In this document: positions 30,350 through 40,093 of the stretch, piece after piece
Numbering within the stretch: the first letter of the stretch is position 1
Layout: every line of letters starts with the position of its first letter
Assembly (NCBI GenBank): GCA_041697335.1
Contig: JBGUGD010000015.1
Coordinates: forward strand, 64,001 to 128,000
From: Vampirovibrionaceae bacterium NZW_1234
Lineage (GTDB): Bacteria > Cyanobacteriota > Vampirovibrionia > Vampirovibrionales > JAGQHJ01
Direction of reading: 5' to 3'
Length of the DNA: 64,000 nucleotides
Position numbers and translations under genes: made by a program
Notes under the pieces: generated by a model
The model's input: the letters and a program-made list of their open reading frames with translations, nothing else
Databases searched by the model: none
Told to the model about the DNA's origin: nothing

Positions 30350-31318
30350 ATGGTCGCAAATAATCTTGTGTCACTAAATCGTGGCGATAATGCCACACGT
30401 TTAAGACAACTCCAGGATCAGCAACGCGAGGTTGTTGATCAACTAAAATCGATTGATCAAAAACCACTTGGGTTTCTTGAGAAGCCTCGCTTGGAGCGCC
30501 AAAATCAAGAATTAACACAGCAAATAGAAGAACTGGGTGGCAAGCCTGTTGGCGCTGACGAAAAAGATAACGACTTGTTCAATGCCGGGGGCCTGCAAGC
30601 AGGCAATAATAACGGTGGCGGAGGACTTGCGCCAACCGGTAATTCTGCGGGCGGTTTAAATCCAGGAGGCGCAGGTGGAATGCAGCCGGCTGGTGCAGGT
30701 GGAATGCAACCAGGCACTGCCGTCCACACCAAGGTCAACCCTGATGGAACCACTGAAACCACCACAACGCCTGCTGGTCAGCCTGGCCCTTGGAAAGGTG
30801 ACCCCTTTGCCGTGGATTCCGATGGCGATGGCAAGTTCACCATGCTGGGCGATGACAAAGGCAAAGTCACGATTGACGATGGTACCGGCAATGGGCCCAT
30901 GGAAGTCAACAAATGGAAAGACGACATGTTGTTCCAGGATAAAAACGGCGACGGGAAGTTCCAGGCCGACGAAATTCAAAACACGAAAGATCCGGAGTCC
31001 ATTAAAAAGTCCGGATTCGATAAAAATAACGATGGCAAAATTGATCAGGAGGAAGCCAAGGCGGGCAACCTTAAGTTTGTTTCTTACGATGACAATGGAA
31101 AAGAACAAGTTCGAGGTTTTGGTGAGGAAGGCCCCGGCGGCAAACCCGGTATCAAATCCTTTGGCTACAATCTTGATAAAAAAGCACAACAAGGAACCCA
31201 GGGTATCGAAGAAAAAGGCAGAGCTACCGCAGAATTTACAAACGGTAAAACGGCTGATACCATTAACTTCGACTTTGTGGTCGACCCCTCGACCCAACGA
31301 AGAAGACAATCGGCATAA
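30350..31318 (+). CDS. Gly-rich protein with SPM-like domain (paralog 2)
   Basis: D151-P152 in WKGDPFAVDSDGDG; DKNGDG, DKNNDG. Confidence 0.75.
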   Translation: MVANNLVSLNRGDNATRLRQLQDQQREVVDQLKSIDQKPLGFLEKPRLERQNQELTQQIEELGGKPVGADEKDNDLFNAGGLQAGNNNGGGGLAPTGNSAGGLNPGGAGGMQPAGAGGMQPGTAVHTKVNPDGTTETTTTPAGQPGPWKGDPFAVDSDGDGKFTMLGDDKGKVTIDDGTGNGPMEVNKWKDDMLFQDKNGDGKFQADEIQNTKDPESIKKSGFDKNNDGKIDQEEAKAGNLKFVSYDDNGKEQVRGFGEEGPGGKPGIKSFGYNLDKKAQQGTQGIEEKGRATAEFTNGKTADTINFDFVVDPSTQRRRQSA

Positions 31319-31348
31319 GTTTCCCCTCATATCCTTTCCACACCGATT

Positions 31349-31387
31349 GAGGCCTCTCCTGCTCCCAAGCATTGTAGGAGAGGCCTC
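31349..31387. terminator. hairpin after paralog 2
   Basis: GAGGCCTCTCCT/AGGAGAGGCCTC 12-bp stem; no clear U-tract. Confidence 0.5.
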
Positions 31388-31526
31388 TGCCAATAAGACG
31401 GAAATACAGGATATTTGCTTTTTTAGCCGATTATTAAAAAATCCCATCGGTTTTTGATTGTTTATTATTAAGTTTGATATTATTGATAGTAGGGTATAGG
31501 TAGTAACGCTTAGGTGGGTCTCGTAC

Positions 31527-32492
31527 ATGGTCACATTAGGAAACGCTGACGCGCTTGGCAATCGCGAACGCATTCGTGATTTACAAGTAGAAAACGACGG
31601 TCTTCAACAACAAATTACACAACAGGAAAACAACCCCTTGGGGCAGATCTTCCAAATGATTGGCCTTGGGGGTGATGGCGGGGATCTTGAACAACTTCAA
31701 GGCCAACTCCAAAATAACATGGATGAAATTGACGGACTCGGAGGCAACGGCCAATACTTTAGCGATGGTGGTAGCGGTGTCCAAGGTGGTGCCCAACCCA
31801 CCAATGCAGGTGGAGGAGGCGTGGCTCCCGGCCAAGGAGCTGGTGGTATGGCTCCTGGCCAAGGTGCCGGTGGTCTCCAAGGTGGTGGCAGCGGTGCTGG
31901 AGGCTTAGCCGTTCACACCAGAGTAAACCCAGATGGCACATCGGAAACCGTCACGACTCCAGCCGGTCAACCCGGCCCCTGGAAAGGCGATCCTTTTGCC
32001 GTCGATTCTGATGGTGACGGTAAGATGACTTTGCTCGGCGATGATAAAGGCAAGGTCCAAATCGATGATGGCACTGGCAATGGCCCTATCAACGTCAACA
32101 AATGGAAAGACGACATGCTATTTGAAGACAAGAACAAAGACGGCAAATTCCAGGCCGATGAAATCCAGAGTACCAAGGATCCAGAAGCCATTAAAAAATC
32201 CGGATTTGATAAAAATAACGATGGTAAGCTCGATGAAGCTGAAGCCAAGGCGGGCAACCTCAAATTTGTTTCTTACGATGACAATGGAAAAGAACAGGTT
32301 CGGGGCTTTGGTGAGGAAGGCCCCGGTGGAAAGCCTGGCATAAAAACCTTCGGCTATAACCTGAATAAACCAGGACAAACCGGAACCGATGGCATCCAGG
32401 AAAAAGGACGCTCGACGGCAGAGTTCACCAATGGCAAAACTGCCGATACCATTAACTTTGACTTTGTCCCGAAAAAAAGCCAAGCCTCATAA
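31527..32492 (+). CDS. Gly-rich protein with SPM-like domain (paralog 3)
   Basis: D155-P156 in WKGDPFAVDSDGDG; DKNKDG, DKNNDG. Confidence 0.75.
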   Translation: MVTLGNADALGNRERIRDLQVENDGLQQQITQQENNPLGQIFQMIGLGGDGGDLEQLQGQLQNNMDEIDGLGGNGQYFSDGGSGVQGGAQPTNAGGGGVAPGQGAGGMAPGQGAGGLQGGGSGAGGLAVHTRVNPDGTSETVTTPAGQPGPWKGDPFAVDSDGDGKMTLLGDDKGKVQIDDGTGNGPINVNKWKDDMLFEDKNKDGKFQADEIQSTKDPEAIKKSGFDKNNDGKLDEAEAKAGNLKFVSYDDNGKEQVRGFGEEGPGGKPGIKTFGYNLNKPGQTGTDGIQEKGRSTAEFTNGKTADTINFDFVPKKSQAS

Positions 32493-32558
32493 GGTGAAAA
32501 AATCACAGATACCCCTCGTTAGTTAACACAACACACTGTATCCATAACGCATCATGTT

Positions 32559-32598
32559 AAAATCCCCGCAACGCATGCCAGCGGGGATTTTGACTTTC
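32559..32598. terminator. bidirectional terminator
   Basis: AAAATCCCCGC/GCGGGGATTTT between convergent genes. Confidence 0.7.
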
Positions 32599-32614
32599 GT
32601 TTTCTCCGGGTAAT

Positions 32615-33382
32615 TTAATATCCGTATGAATCGCTGTCTTGAGCCACTTCTCTCAAGATATCGAGATTGGTTATTAATATCTTGCCGCCCCGGAGGTATT
32701 TAATACACTGATATTGCTTCTTCAATCGACTGATTATTCGGACGGATTCCTCATAGGCAATGCCCGTCATACTGGCAATGTAATCATGAGGTAATTGAAT
32801 TTTTAATTGCAGACCTTCGGGTGTTTCTTCATATCCATCACGTTTCAGATGATACAAAATAATCTTTGCTACTCGGGCTTCGCTCTTCTTGACGACCTGA
32901 TTATGCGTTGCATAGTTAAACCAGAGCACTTCTCCCATGGCACAAAGCATATCCAAAGCAATCTCGGGAGACTGAGAGGTCAGAGTTCGAAAGCTTTCGC
33001 CGTTGAGATAAAGCACCGTGGTATCCGTAAGCGCTTCCGCTGAGAACGGATGAGGTTGATTCGTCAAGGCTCCGGTAACCCCAAAAAACTCACCGGTAGA
33101 CGCCAAGCGAACAATGGTACTCTCACCATCCGAAGAATATTTCACCAGCTTGACACAGCCTTCAACAACAAAGTAAATCCGAGACCCCGTCTTGGAAGGT
33201 AAATCCATTTCATAGAAAATGACCGTCTCTTTGCGGTAGGTCGTTTCATAAAACAAAGCCCGAGCCTGCTGCAATTCTTCGTTGGTCAACGACTTAAAGA
33301 GCGGAATTGCTCTCAGCTTTTGAACAATGTCGATCTTATCCGGCTGACTGACGGGCAGGGTGGAAATCATGAGGCTTTCCAA
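32615..33382 (-). CDS. Crp/Fnr family transcriptional regulator
   Basis: cNMP-binding domain (IYFVVEGCVKL, GEFFG) plus HTH (IASMTGIAYEESVRIISRL). Confidence 0.9.
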   Translation of the reverse strand: MESLMISTLPVSQPDKIDIVQKLRAIPLFKSLTNEELQQARALFYETTYRKETVIFYEMDLPSKTGSRIYFVVEGCVKLVKYSSDGESTIVRLASTGEFFGVTGALTNQPHPFSAEALTDTTVLYLNGESFRTLTSQSPEIALDMLCAMGEVLWFNYATHNQVVKKSEARVAKIILYHLKRDGYEETPEGLQLKIQLPHDYIASMTGIAYEESVRIISRLKKQYQCIKYLRGGKILITNLDILREVAQDSDSYGY

Positions 33383-33475
33383 TCCGAATTACTTCTAAAG
33401 GGTCTACCAGTATTATAGTCAGAAAATATGATGACGGTAGAACAACTTTAAATTTATTATCAGCTTCGGCCAAGA

Positions 33476-33853
33476 TTAGTTCTTGGCAACACCTTTAAAC
33501 TGATTTGACAAGTAATATACAGCCTGGGACTCACTGGGCCAGATTTCAAGGACGGACCCAAGCTGTGTAAGCTCGACCAGGCGTGCAAACACATCGTTTA
33601 AACCACACAGTGCCAGGCCACCATGGCTTTCTTTTACCATTTTCAGCACAGAAACCACTGTGGCGAGCCCATAACTATCGATTACACCAATGGCCTCGAC
33701 ATTGAGTACAAACAAGCGAGCACCCTGATCCAAAAGCTTCTGGACACAGGTCTTCAGTATGGCCGTTTGAGGATAGGTAAAATTCTCAGCAGTAATGTCC
33801 AGGACAACACAATCATCGACCTGTCGTCCCTTTACGTCAACGGTTACATCCAT
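33476..33853 (-). CDS. STAS domain anti-sigma factor antagonist
   Basis: IDSYGLAT phospho-Ser motif, GGLALCGL, LVELTQL. Confidence 0.88.
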   Translation of the reverse strand: MDVTVDVKGRQVDDCVVLDITAENFTYPQTAILKTCVQKLLDQGARLFVLNVEAIGVIDSYGLATVVSVLKMVKESHGGLALCGLNDVFARLVELTQLGSVLEIWPSESQAVYYLSNQFKGVAKN

Positions 33854-34065
33854 CGACACACCACCATGCCCGTTTATCACCTAAGCAGTATATTCCCTCT
33901 AATTCTACCATAGTCAACACGCGCCGTTTCTCCTCAAATTAAGGGGTTTTTCACCACTCACCCCATCAGCCATTGGAGAATTCACGGTCTTGGTCGATAT
34001 GAAGTAAGTAAGCAAAAGCGACCTGGAAATACCCACAAACCGCTTTCCCTCAAGGATTACGCATC

Positions 34066-34881
34066 ATGGCTTATTTTGATTTTCAAAGACCACGAGGCAT
34101 CATCAGCTTATTACTTGTTGTTAGCCTTTTCATTGTTTCATTCTCACCCCGCATGGTCCAAGCTCGGGCAAAGCAATACAGTGCTTCGGTTTCAACAAAT
34201 CGAAGCGAAGTTTATGCGGGTGCTCACCTTGATCGCATTGTCAGAGAAAAGTTTCCAGATCCCACGAATGCCGGTATTCAGCAATATGTCAGCAGTGTTG
34301 GTTTGAAAATCGCATCTGTCAGCCACAAGAACATCCCTCTCACCTATACCGTACTGGAAGATCCTCGCCAAGCCCTCTCATTTTCAAGCCCAGGAGGCTT
34401 TGTCTATATTACGACAGGGCTTTTGAACATGATGGAGAGTGAATCTCAACTGGCTGGAGTGCTTGCCCATGAGACAGGTCATGTGATGCAGCATCATACT
34501 GCCCATCGAGTCCAGGATCAGTTTCCAGAAGAGTTTCGTCTGATGGCTAGCGGGGCTCCCTTATCAAATAATGTCTATTCGGCTCTCTCTCGGGTAGGGG
34601 ATATGATTATCAACCTACAATTCGATACCTGGGAAGATGATGAAGCCGATAAGCTGGCTGTTCGCATGATGGCAGAAGCAGGGTACAACCCGAATGCATT
34701 AAGCAGCATTCTGGAAAAGATAAATAAGATGAGCACTCTGGGTGTTGTTATCAGTTATCAGCAACAACATCCTGCTCATGAAACCCGAGTACTCCTTCTA
34801 AATGAGTATATTTATCGAAATCAGCTTCATCAGGCAAATCAAATTAAAGACACCCCACAGTTTCACCGATTTATTCGATAG
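34066..34881 (+). CDS. M48 family zinc metallopeptidase, exported
   Basis: Signal-like N-terminus, PGGFVYITTGL, LAHETGH, EADKL, GYNP, HP. Confidence 0.9.
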   Translation: MAYFDFQRPRGIISLLLVVSLFIVSFSPRMVQARAKQYSASVSTNRSEVYAGAHLDRIVREKFPDPTNAGIQQYVSSVGLKIASVSHKNIPLTYTVLEDPRQALSFSSPGGFVYITTGLLNMMESESQLAGVLAHETGHVMQHHTAHRVQDQFPEEFRLMASGAPLSNNVYSALSRVGDMIINLQFDTWEDDEADKLAVRMMAEAGYNPNALSSILEKINKMSTLGVVISYQQQHPAHETRVLLLNEYIYRNQLHQANQIKDTPQFHRFIR

Positions 34882-34882
34882 C

Positions 34883-35749
34883 CTAAACCACCTGTGGGGG
34901 TGGTTGAAGAATAGAAGAATCCTTATCTTTCGGATCGTCAGGGTTTGAGTTTTGCGGCCTTGGATACTCCATGACAGGTGATGACGACTTTGGCATGGGA
35001 CGAAACTCAACCTGGGATACTCGCCGCGCAAAAACTTTTGTACCCGATTCGAGATTTTGAAATACCCGGGTTTTACGTTCTTCTGAAGCTGAACGCTCCT
35101 CCCAGCCAGACCCGATTAAAATTAACCGGTTGTTGCCACTCCCCCCCTGGATTTTTATACGATTGGCTTTTGCCGGATAGATCACAAACTCATCATCGCC
35201 TTTCTCGCCATCGAGTAAGACTTCTTGATGGTCGCCCACGACAGAAAAGCGATCATTGCCAGGGCCGCCATTATAGATCCCCTTTGTCCGATGTCCGCCA
35301 ATACAAATATAATCGTTTCCTTTACCGGCCATCACATTATTCTGATTTTGATAACCAAAGCAGATAAATTCATCGTTTCCATCACCACCAATAAACGTAT
35401 TGTGATGTTTGGCCCCATTGCAAAAGAACATATCCCGTTTTTCTCCGCCATGGAAGAAGTGGTTCCCTCGTTCGCTGCTTTTGTTGATATTCAAAGTGTT
35501 TTCAGCCTGTTTAGCGCCAAGAAACACATTAATATTGCCATTGCCGAAAACATCCATCTGGTTGTGAACGCCGCGTCCATGATATTGAAGAACATTTTGG
35601 TCGCCTTCAACCCGAATAAAGTTATACTGTCCCTCTCCGTGGAATTCGCGCGTCACAGCCCTTGCCCCATATGGGATTTCATACGTTGCAAACCTGGACG
35701 AATCCACATTCGTAATGAAAGACGTTGAATGAGACACAATAAAACCCAA
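34883..35749 (-). CDS. RTX/hemolysin-type Ca-binding repeat protein
   Basis: GGDGND, AGKGND, GGPGND, GEKGDD, GGSGNN repeats. Confidence 0.75.
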   Translation of the reverse strand: MGFIVSHSTSFITNVDSSRFATYEIPYGARAVTREFHGEGQYNFIRVEGDQNVLQYHGRGVHNQMDVFGNGNINVFLGAKQAENTLNINKSSERGNHFFHGGEKRDMFFCNGAKHHNTFIGGDGNDEFICFGYQNQNNVMAGKGNDYICIGGHRTKGIYNGGPGNDRFSVVGDHQEVLLDGEKGDDEFVIYPAKANRIKIQGGSGNNRLILIGSGWEERSASEERKTRVFQNLESGTKVFARRVSQVEFRPMPKSSSPVMEYPRPQNSNPDDPKDKDSSILQPPPQVV

Positions 35750-35911
35750 GCCCGTAATATATACCCCTTATATACCCCTTGGGCCCAGCTAATATGCAGC
35801 ACCCAATTATGTCAATTAAACCATAATGCTATCAAAAATTGTTTGAGAAGCCTGCTTGGGTTCATACTCGTTTACCAAATCAGCATCGCATGAGCACCTT
35901 CGTATATCATG

Positions 35912-37864
35912 CTAGCCACAAACTGAATACTGGCAGTCTGGACATTGATGGCATCCTTCAATAAAAGCCAATGGTTTACGACAATCAGGACAATGACGCC
36001 CATCCACCAACTCTAGCTTGGCGATTTCGGAATCATCATTAGCGCTTGGATCGACGGTCAATGTTTTTAAACTCATGGGCTGAAACTGGCGACTGTTGTT
36101 TCGATACACGGTAATACCCTTCAGCCCCAGCTCAAAGGCCAGTTGATACGTTTCGGAAATCTGCTCCATTGTGGCGGACTCAGGAAAATTGATGGTTTTA
36201 CTCACAGCATTGTCACTATAGCGTTGAAAGGCCGCCTGCATTTCTACATGCCAGCTAGGTGAAATATCATGGGCTGTTACATAAACTTGACGAAGACGTT
36301 GAGGCAATTGCGACATGTTTTTGATAGTCCCCTCCTGACCTGCCTGCTCCAAAATTTCGTCTCTATAAAGTCCATGAGCTTTTAAAGCAGCCTCAAAACC
36401 AGGATGAACCTCTAGCAGTTCTGTCCCATCCAAGACATGTCGCTTAAAGACCAGGGAATACAATGGTTCAATCCCACCAGAGGCCCCGGCAATAATGCTA
36501 ATGGTGCCTGTCGGAGCCAAACACAAGGTAGTGGCATGACGCAGCCCATATTCTGCCACCGCCTGATCCAAGGCTCTCCATTGCTCAGCGGTAATGCCAC
36601 CAGCCGGATCGTGGGCAAACTTTTCAAAAAACCACGTTCCTTTTGCATAGACACTCTGGTGAAAGAACGGAAAGCGCCCTCGGTCCTTGGCCAAGGCTAA
36701 TGACGCCAGTTTGGAGTGATAGCACATAAAGGCCATCACATCTTCGGCCAATGCAATGGCCTCAGCAGAATTATATGGGATATCCAGGGCCATCAGCGTG
36801 TCAGCCCAGCCCATCAATCCCAATCCTATCTTACGGTTGCCCTCCACCATCTCTTGAATCTGTTTGAGGGGAAAGGTATTCTGCACGATGACATTTTCCA
36901 AAAAATGGACACCCAGCATAATGGCCTTGCGAAAGCCCTCCCAATCCAAGTGGGCCTGACCATCAGACGCTGTAACCACAAAGCGGCCTAAATTGATGGA
37001 CCCGAGGTTACAGGCCTCATAAGGCAACAGGGGCACTTCGCCACAGGGATTTGTGGCCTCCATGGCCCCTACCCCCGGTGTTACATTTTCGGCATTAATC
37101 CGATCGATAAAAATAAGCCCCGGTTCCCCGGTTTGCCAGGCACAAGCGACAATTCTGCTCATTAAGGCTCGCGCGGAGACCTGTTTAACTATTTTTCGAG
37201 TCTTGGGATGGATCAGGTCGAAGTTTCCATCCGTCTTGACCGCGTCCATAAATGCATCCGTCACGGCAACAGAGATATTAAAGTTGGTCAACCGGGAAAG
37301 ATCATTTTTGATAGCAATAAAGGCTTCGATGTCTGGATGATCAATTCGCAAGATACCCATATTCGCACCTCGGCGCGTGCCACCTTGCTTAATGGCCTCC
37401 GTTGCCGCATTGTAGACCTCCATAAATGAGACTGGGCCTGAAGTGACGCCTGAGGTGTGATTTAAAAAATCTCCATGCGGACGAAGCCGTGAAAACGAAA
37501 AACCGGTCCCGCCACCACTTTGGTGAATCAGGGCTGCATGCTTCAAGGTTTCAAAAATGCCTTCCAAGGAATCCTCCACAGGCAAGACGAAACAAGCTGA
37601 CAATTGCCCGGAAGCCTTTCCTGCATTCATCAATGTGGGACTGTTAGGCAAAAAAGCCAATGTGGTCATAAGCTCGTAAAACTCGTCGGCAAGGTTCTCA
37701 ACATCTTTTGGTGCAGCCCCAAACTTCCGCTCACCTTCCGCAATGAAGGCTGCTACGCGGCGAAATAACGCTTCAGGTGTCTCAACAATTTGCCCTTGCG
37801 TATCTCGGAGCAAGTATCGCCTTTCCAGTACGACCCGCGCGTTTTGGGTAAGTTGCAATCCCAT
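35912..37864 (-). CDS. nrdJ: adenosylcobalamin-dependent ribonucleotide reductase (class II)
   Basis: NSPTLMNAG, QLSACF, GGTRRGANM, TNPCGE, CNLGS, APTGTIS, C-terminal CxxC..CxxC. Confidence 0.93.
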   Translation of the reverse strand: MGLQLTQNARVVLERRYLLRDTQGQIVETPEALFRRVAAFIAEGERKFGAAPKDVENLADEFYELMTTLAFLPNSPTLMNAGKASGQLSACFVLPVEDSLEGIFETLKHAALIHQSGGGTGFSFSRLRPHGDFLNHTSGVTSGPVSFMEVYNAATEAIKQGGTRRGANMGILRIDHPDIEAFIAIKNDLSRLTNFNISVAVTDAFMDAVKTDGNFDLIHPKTRKIVKQVSARALMSRIVACAWQTGEPGLIFIDRINAENVTPGVGAMEATNPCGEVPLLPYEACNLGSINLGRFVVTASDGQAHLDWEGFRKAIMLGVHFLENVIVQNTFPLKQIQEMVEGNRKIGLGLMGWADTLMALDIPYNSAEAIALAEDVMAFMCYHSKLASLALAKDRGRFPFFHQSVYAKGTWFFEKFAHDPAGGITAEQWRALDQAVAEYGLRHATTLCLAPTGTISIIAGASGGIEPLYSLVFKRHVLDGTELLEVHPGFEAALKAHGLYRDEILEQAGQEGTIKNMSQLPQRLRQVYVTAHDISPSWHVEMQAAFQRYSDNAVSKTINFPESATMEQISETYQLAFELGLKGITVYRNNSRQFQPMSLKTLTVDPSANDDSEIAKLELVDGRHCPDCRKPLAFIEGCHQCPDCQYSVCG

Positions 37865-37972
37865 CGAATGCCTCCATCTGATATCTTTATTTTAGCGCCA
37901 TATGGCCTCAAAAGCAGCCCTCGGCCGGAGGGTTCTCTGGCCAAGGGCAATTCATTGAAATAATGGTAGCGA

Positions 37973-39007
37973 CTACAGAGTGTTATTGACCACCACAGGC
38001 AAGGTAATGCGAGTCACATCAGCAGAGGATGGGAATATCATGCTCTGCAAGGTCGCAATAATCATATCCGATACGGTATCTGCCGCAGGTCCCTGAGGTT
38101 GAATGCGCAGAATCCGATCGGTCAGCACCTGAACTGAACTGACTAGCCCCGAGGAATCCACCCAGACTCGAAAGGTTGCTAGACCATGGTAGTTCTGGCC
38201 CCAATCTTTGGCCAAGCGATTCTGGATTTCCAATTGAGCTTCCTGCACAACCCGTTCAACTTCTTCCTGAGATAGACTGCCCTGAACATGAAGGCGTCCT
38301 TCTCGTATATGGCCATGGATGACAAAACGTCCTTCTCGGGGATCCATGGTGCCTTGCAGGGGTTGGACTGCATGCATGGCTCGATCATCAAAAACAACCA
38401 ATTGATTAAACAGGGAGGGGACTAAATCATAGAAGCTGTGGCCAGCCGAGGGCTGCATGATTTTGTTGGTTTCCCAGTAGTTCTCATCACGAAACACAAT
38501 GGTTTCCCCTCCCGTGAACTTACGTCGCTCCCAGTTGGTCAAGGAGAACACAAACGCCCAGCGACCGTTCTTGGCATCATTATGCACCCCCTGGCCACAG
38601 CCGTTCACATACAAACTTAGATAGGGATTGCTGACGTTACTTAACCCTAACGTCTCTATAGCCCAATGGGTCAATGTATCGTGAAACATGTGCATCAGAC
38701 GGGCTGGGATAATATGCTTGGGATCAGTCCGTAAGTAAGTATAGAGATTGGGCACATACCAATAATCCCAGATTTGATGGGTTGGGCCACTCTTTGCAAA
38801 AGGCTTATCAAAGTGCTCATCAATACAAGCCCGCATAGCCGCAGCTTGAGCATAAAAGTCTGGAACAATATAGTAGTGTTGTCGAGGATTAAGCTGCAGT
38901 GGGGTTGCCCCCTCATGCAAAATTCGTTCGGCCAAAGGAGTGGCTTGAGTCATTTGATTGGATTCCTTCTGTTGGGTTTGCAATGGCATTACTTTATCCT
39001 TATTCAA
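37973..39007 (-). CDS. 2OG-Fe(II) oxygenase
   Basis: HND (HxD), FTGGE, FNQLVVFD...HAV, distal R. Confidence 0.8.
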   Translation of the reverse strand: MNKDKVMPLQTQQKESNQMTQATPLAERILHEGATPLQLNPRQHYYIVPDFYAQAAAMRACIDEHFDKPFAKSGPTHQIWDYWYVPNLYTYLRTDPKHIIPARLMHMFHDTLTHWAIETLGLSNVSNPYLSLYVNGCGQGVHNDAKNGRWAFVFSLTNWERRKFTGGETIVFRDENYWETNKIMQPSAGHSFYDLVPSLFNQLVVFDDRAMHAVQPLQGTMDPREGRFVIHGHIREGRLHVQGSLSQEEVERVVQEAQLEIQNRLAKDWGQNYHGLATFRVWVDSSGLVSSVQVLTDRILRIQPQGPAADTVSDMIIATLQSMIFPSSADVTRITLPVVVNNTL

Positions 39008-40031
39008 ATGGGTTCCTAACGGCTTGGCTCAGCCGATAAAAAATCTGTTGTAGCGGATTCCAAAGCGGCTCTTTTTTGTAGTCCAAGGCGTCATCCAAGT
39101 AATCAATCACCGGGATATTTCCTTGCAGACCAATATTAAAGCTACATTGATACAGAGGCCTTTGGAAGCCAGACACTGAAAAACGACGCCCAGGCAAGCG
39201 AGAATGTCCCACCCGCAAATTATTCAGAATCAATATTTCAGCTTCTTCACCATAGTTCGTTCGGGAAATAAATGAAAAGCGGCGCCTGGCATCGTCTGAC
39301 GGAAACACCAAATCCCGATCCCCACCAATGGTCTTAGGTTGCTTTGCCAGATACCGGGCTCCTGGCTGCATATTGTTCCATCGACGATAGGCCTCCATAT
39401 CCATGACCACGGGCTCAGTACCTTCAAGATCTTGGAAACCCCAATAGCCATTCACCAAAAACAACACCACCTGACGATGACAGAGCTCTTCACCGGCATA
39501 TTCATGATGGGCATAGTGTCCCCGGACAATATCATCAGAAGCGCTGACAAAGCGATTCCCATGATCTCGATATCCTTGGCTATGACTAATATGGAGTTGA
39601 AAGGGCCAAAACTCTGGATCCTGCTGGCTGAGCCGCCACAAGTCCTCACCATGGGGATGAACCGGTAAATCTCGCTCCATTGTGGCGATAAACGCCATCG
39701 GATCATAGCGAAAGACATCATAAGCAACATTCGTCACAAAAGCTTCCCGATCTCGCACATCGAGATAAAGCTGATGAATCTTTCGCAAACGCACAAAACC
39801 AATGTCTGGGTCTGTCAGCTTAGAAACCATCCGCCGCAAGGCAGAGCCCTTCAGCGAGTATTGTTCCAAGTCCAGGAAATCCTTGCGCGTCAGAACAATA
39901 TCCGGATCCGGCGGGTGGCTTTGCCATTCCGGCAGCAAGGGCTCCAGAGGAGGTGGAGCGCATTCCAATCTGGGTGAGTCTGAGATAAGAACCATCTCGG
40001 TATCCCAATCATTGCATTGACGGTTCGTCAC
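39000..40031 (-). CDS. hypothetical protein, possibly TauD-like dioxygenase fold
   Basis: HHE and ILILNNLRVGHSR resemble TauD metal-binding motifs; overlaps the next gene (operon). Confidence 0.5.
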   Translation of the reverse strand: MTNRQCNDWDTEMVLISDSPRLECAPPPLEPLLPEWQSHPPDPDIVLTRKDFLDLEQYSLKGSALRRMVSKLTDPDIGFVRLRKIHQLYLDVRDREAFVTNVAYDVFRYDPMAFIATMERDLPVHPHGEDLWRLSQQDPEFWPFQLHISHSQGYRDHGNRFVSASDDIVRGHYAHHEYAGEELCHRQVVLFLVNGYWGFQDLEGTEPVVMDMEAYRRWNNMQPGARYLAKQPKTIGGDRDLVFPSDDARRRFSFISRTNYGEEAEILILNNLRVGHSRLPGRRFSVSGFQRPLYQCSFNIGLQGNIPVIDYLDDALDYKKEPLWNPLQQIFYRLSQAVRNPFE

Positions 40032-40093
40032 TCTTCAGGAAAAAACCAAACCCAACAGAAAATTGTGTAAGTCCTCTGTTTTGTAACTGGATG

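Noticed and set aside
30656..31573. Long antisense or alternate-frame ORFs over the paralog trio (also 16553-17458, 55452-56102, 58436-59149, 60918-61430)
   Set aside because: Shadow ORFs of well-supported genes; no motifs or RBS of their own.
37865..37972. Cobalamin riboswitch or NrdR boxes before nrdJ
   Set aside because: The gap is only ~110 bp, with no B12-box or NrdR palindrome recognisable.
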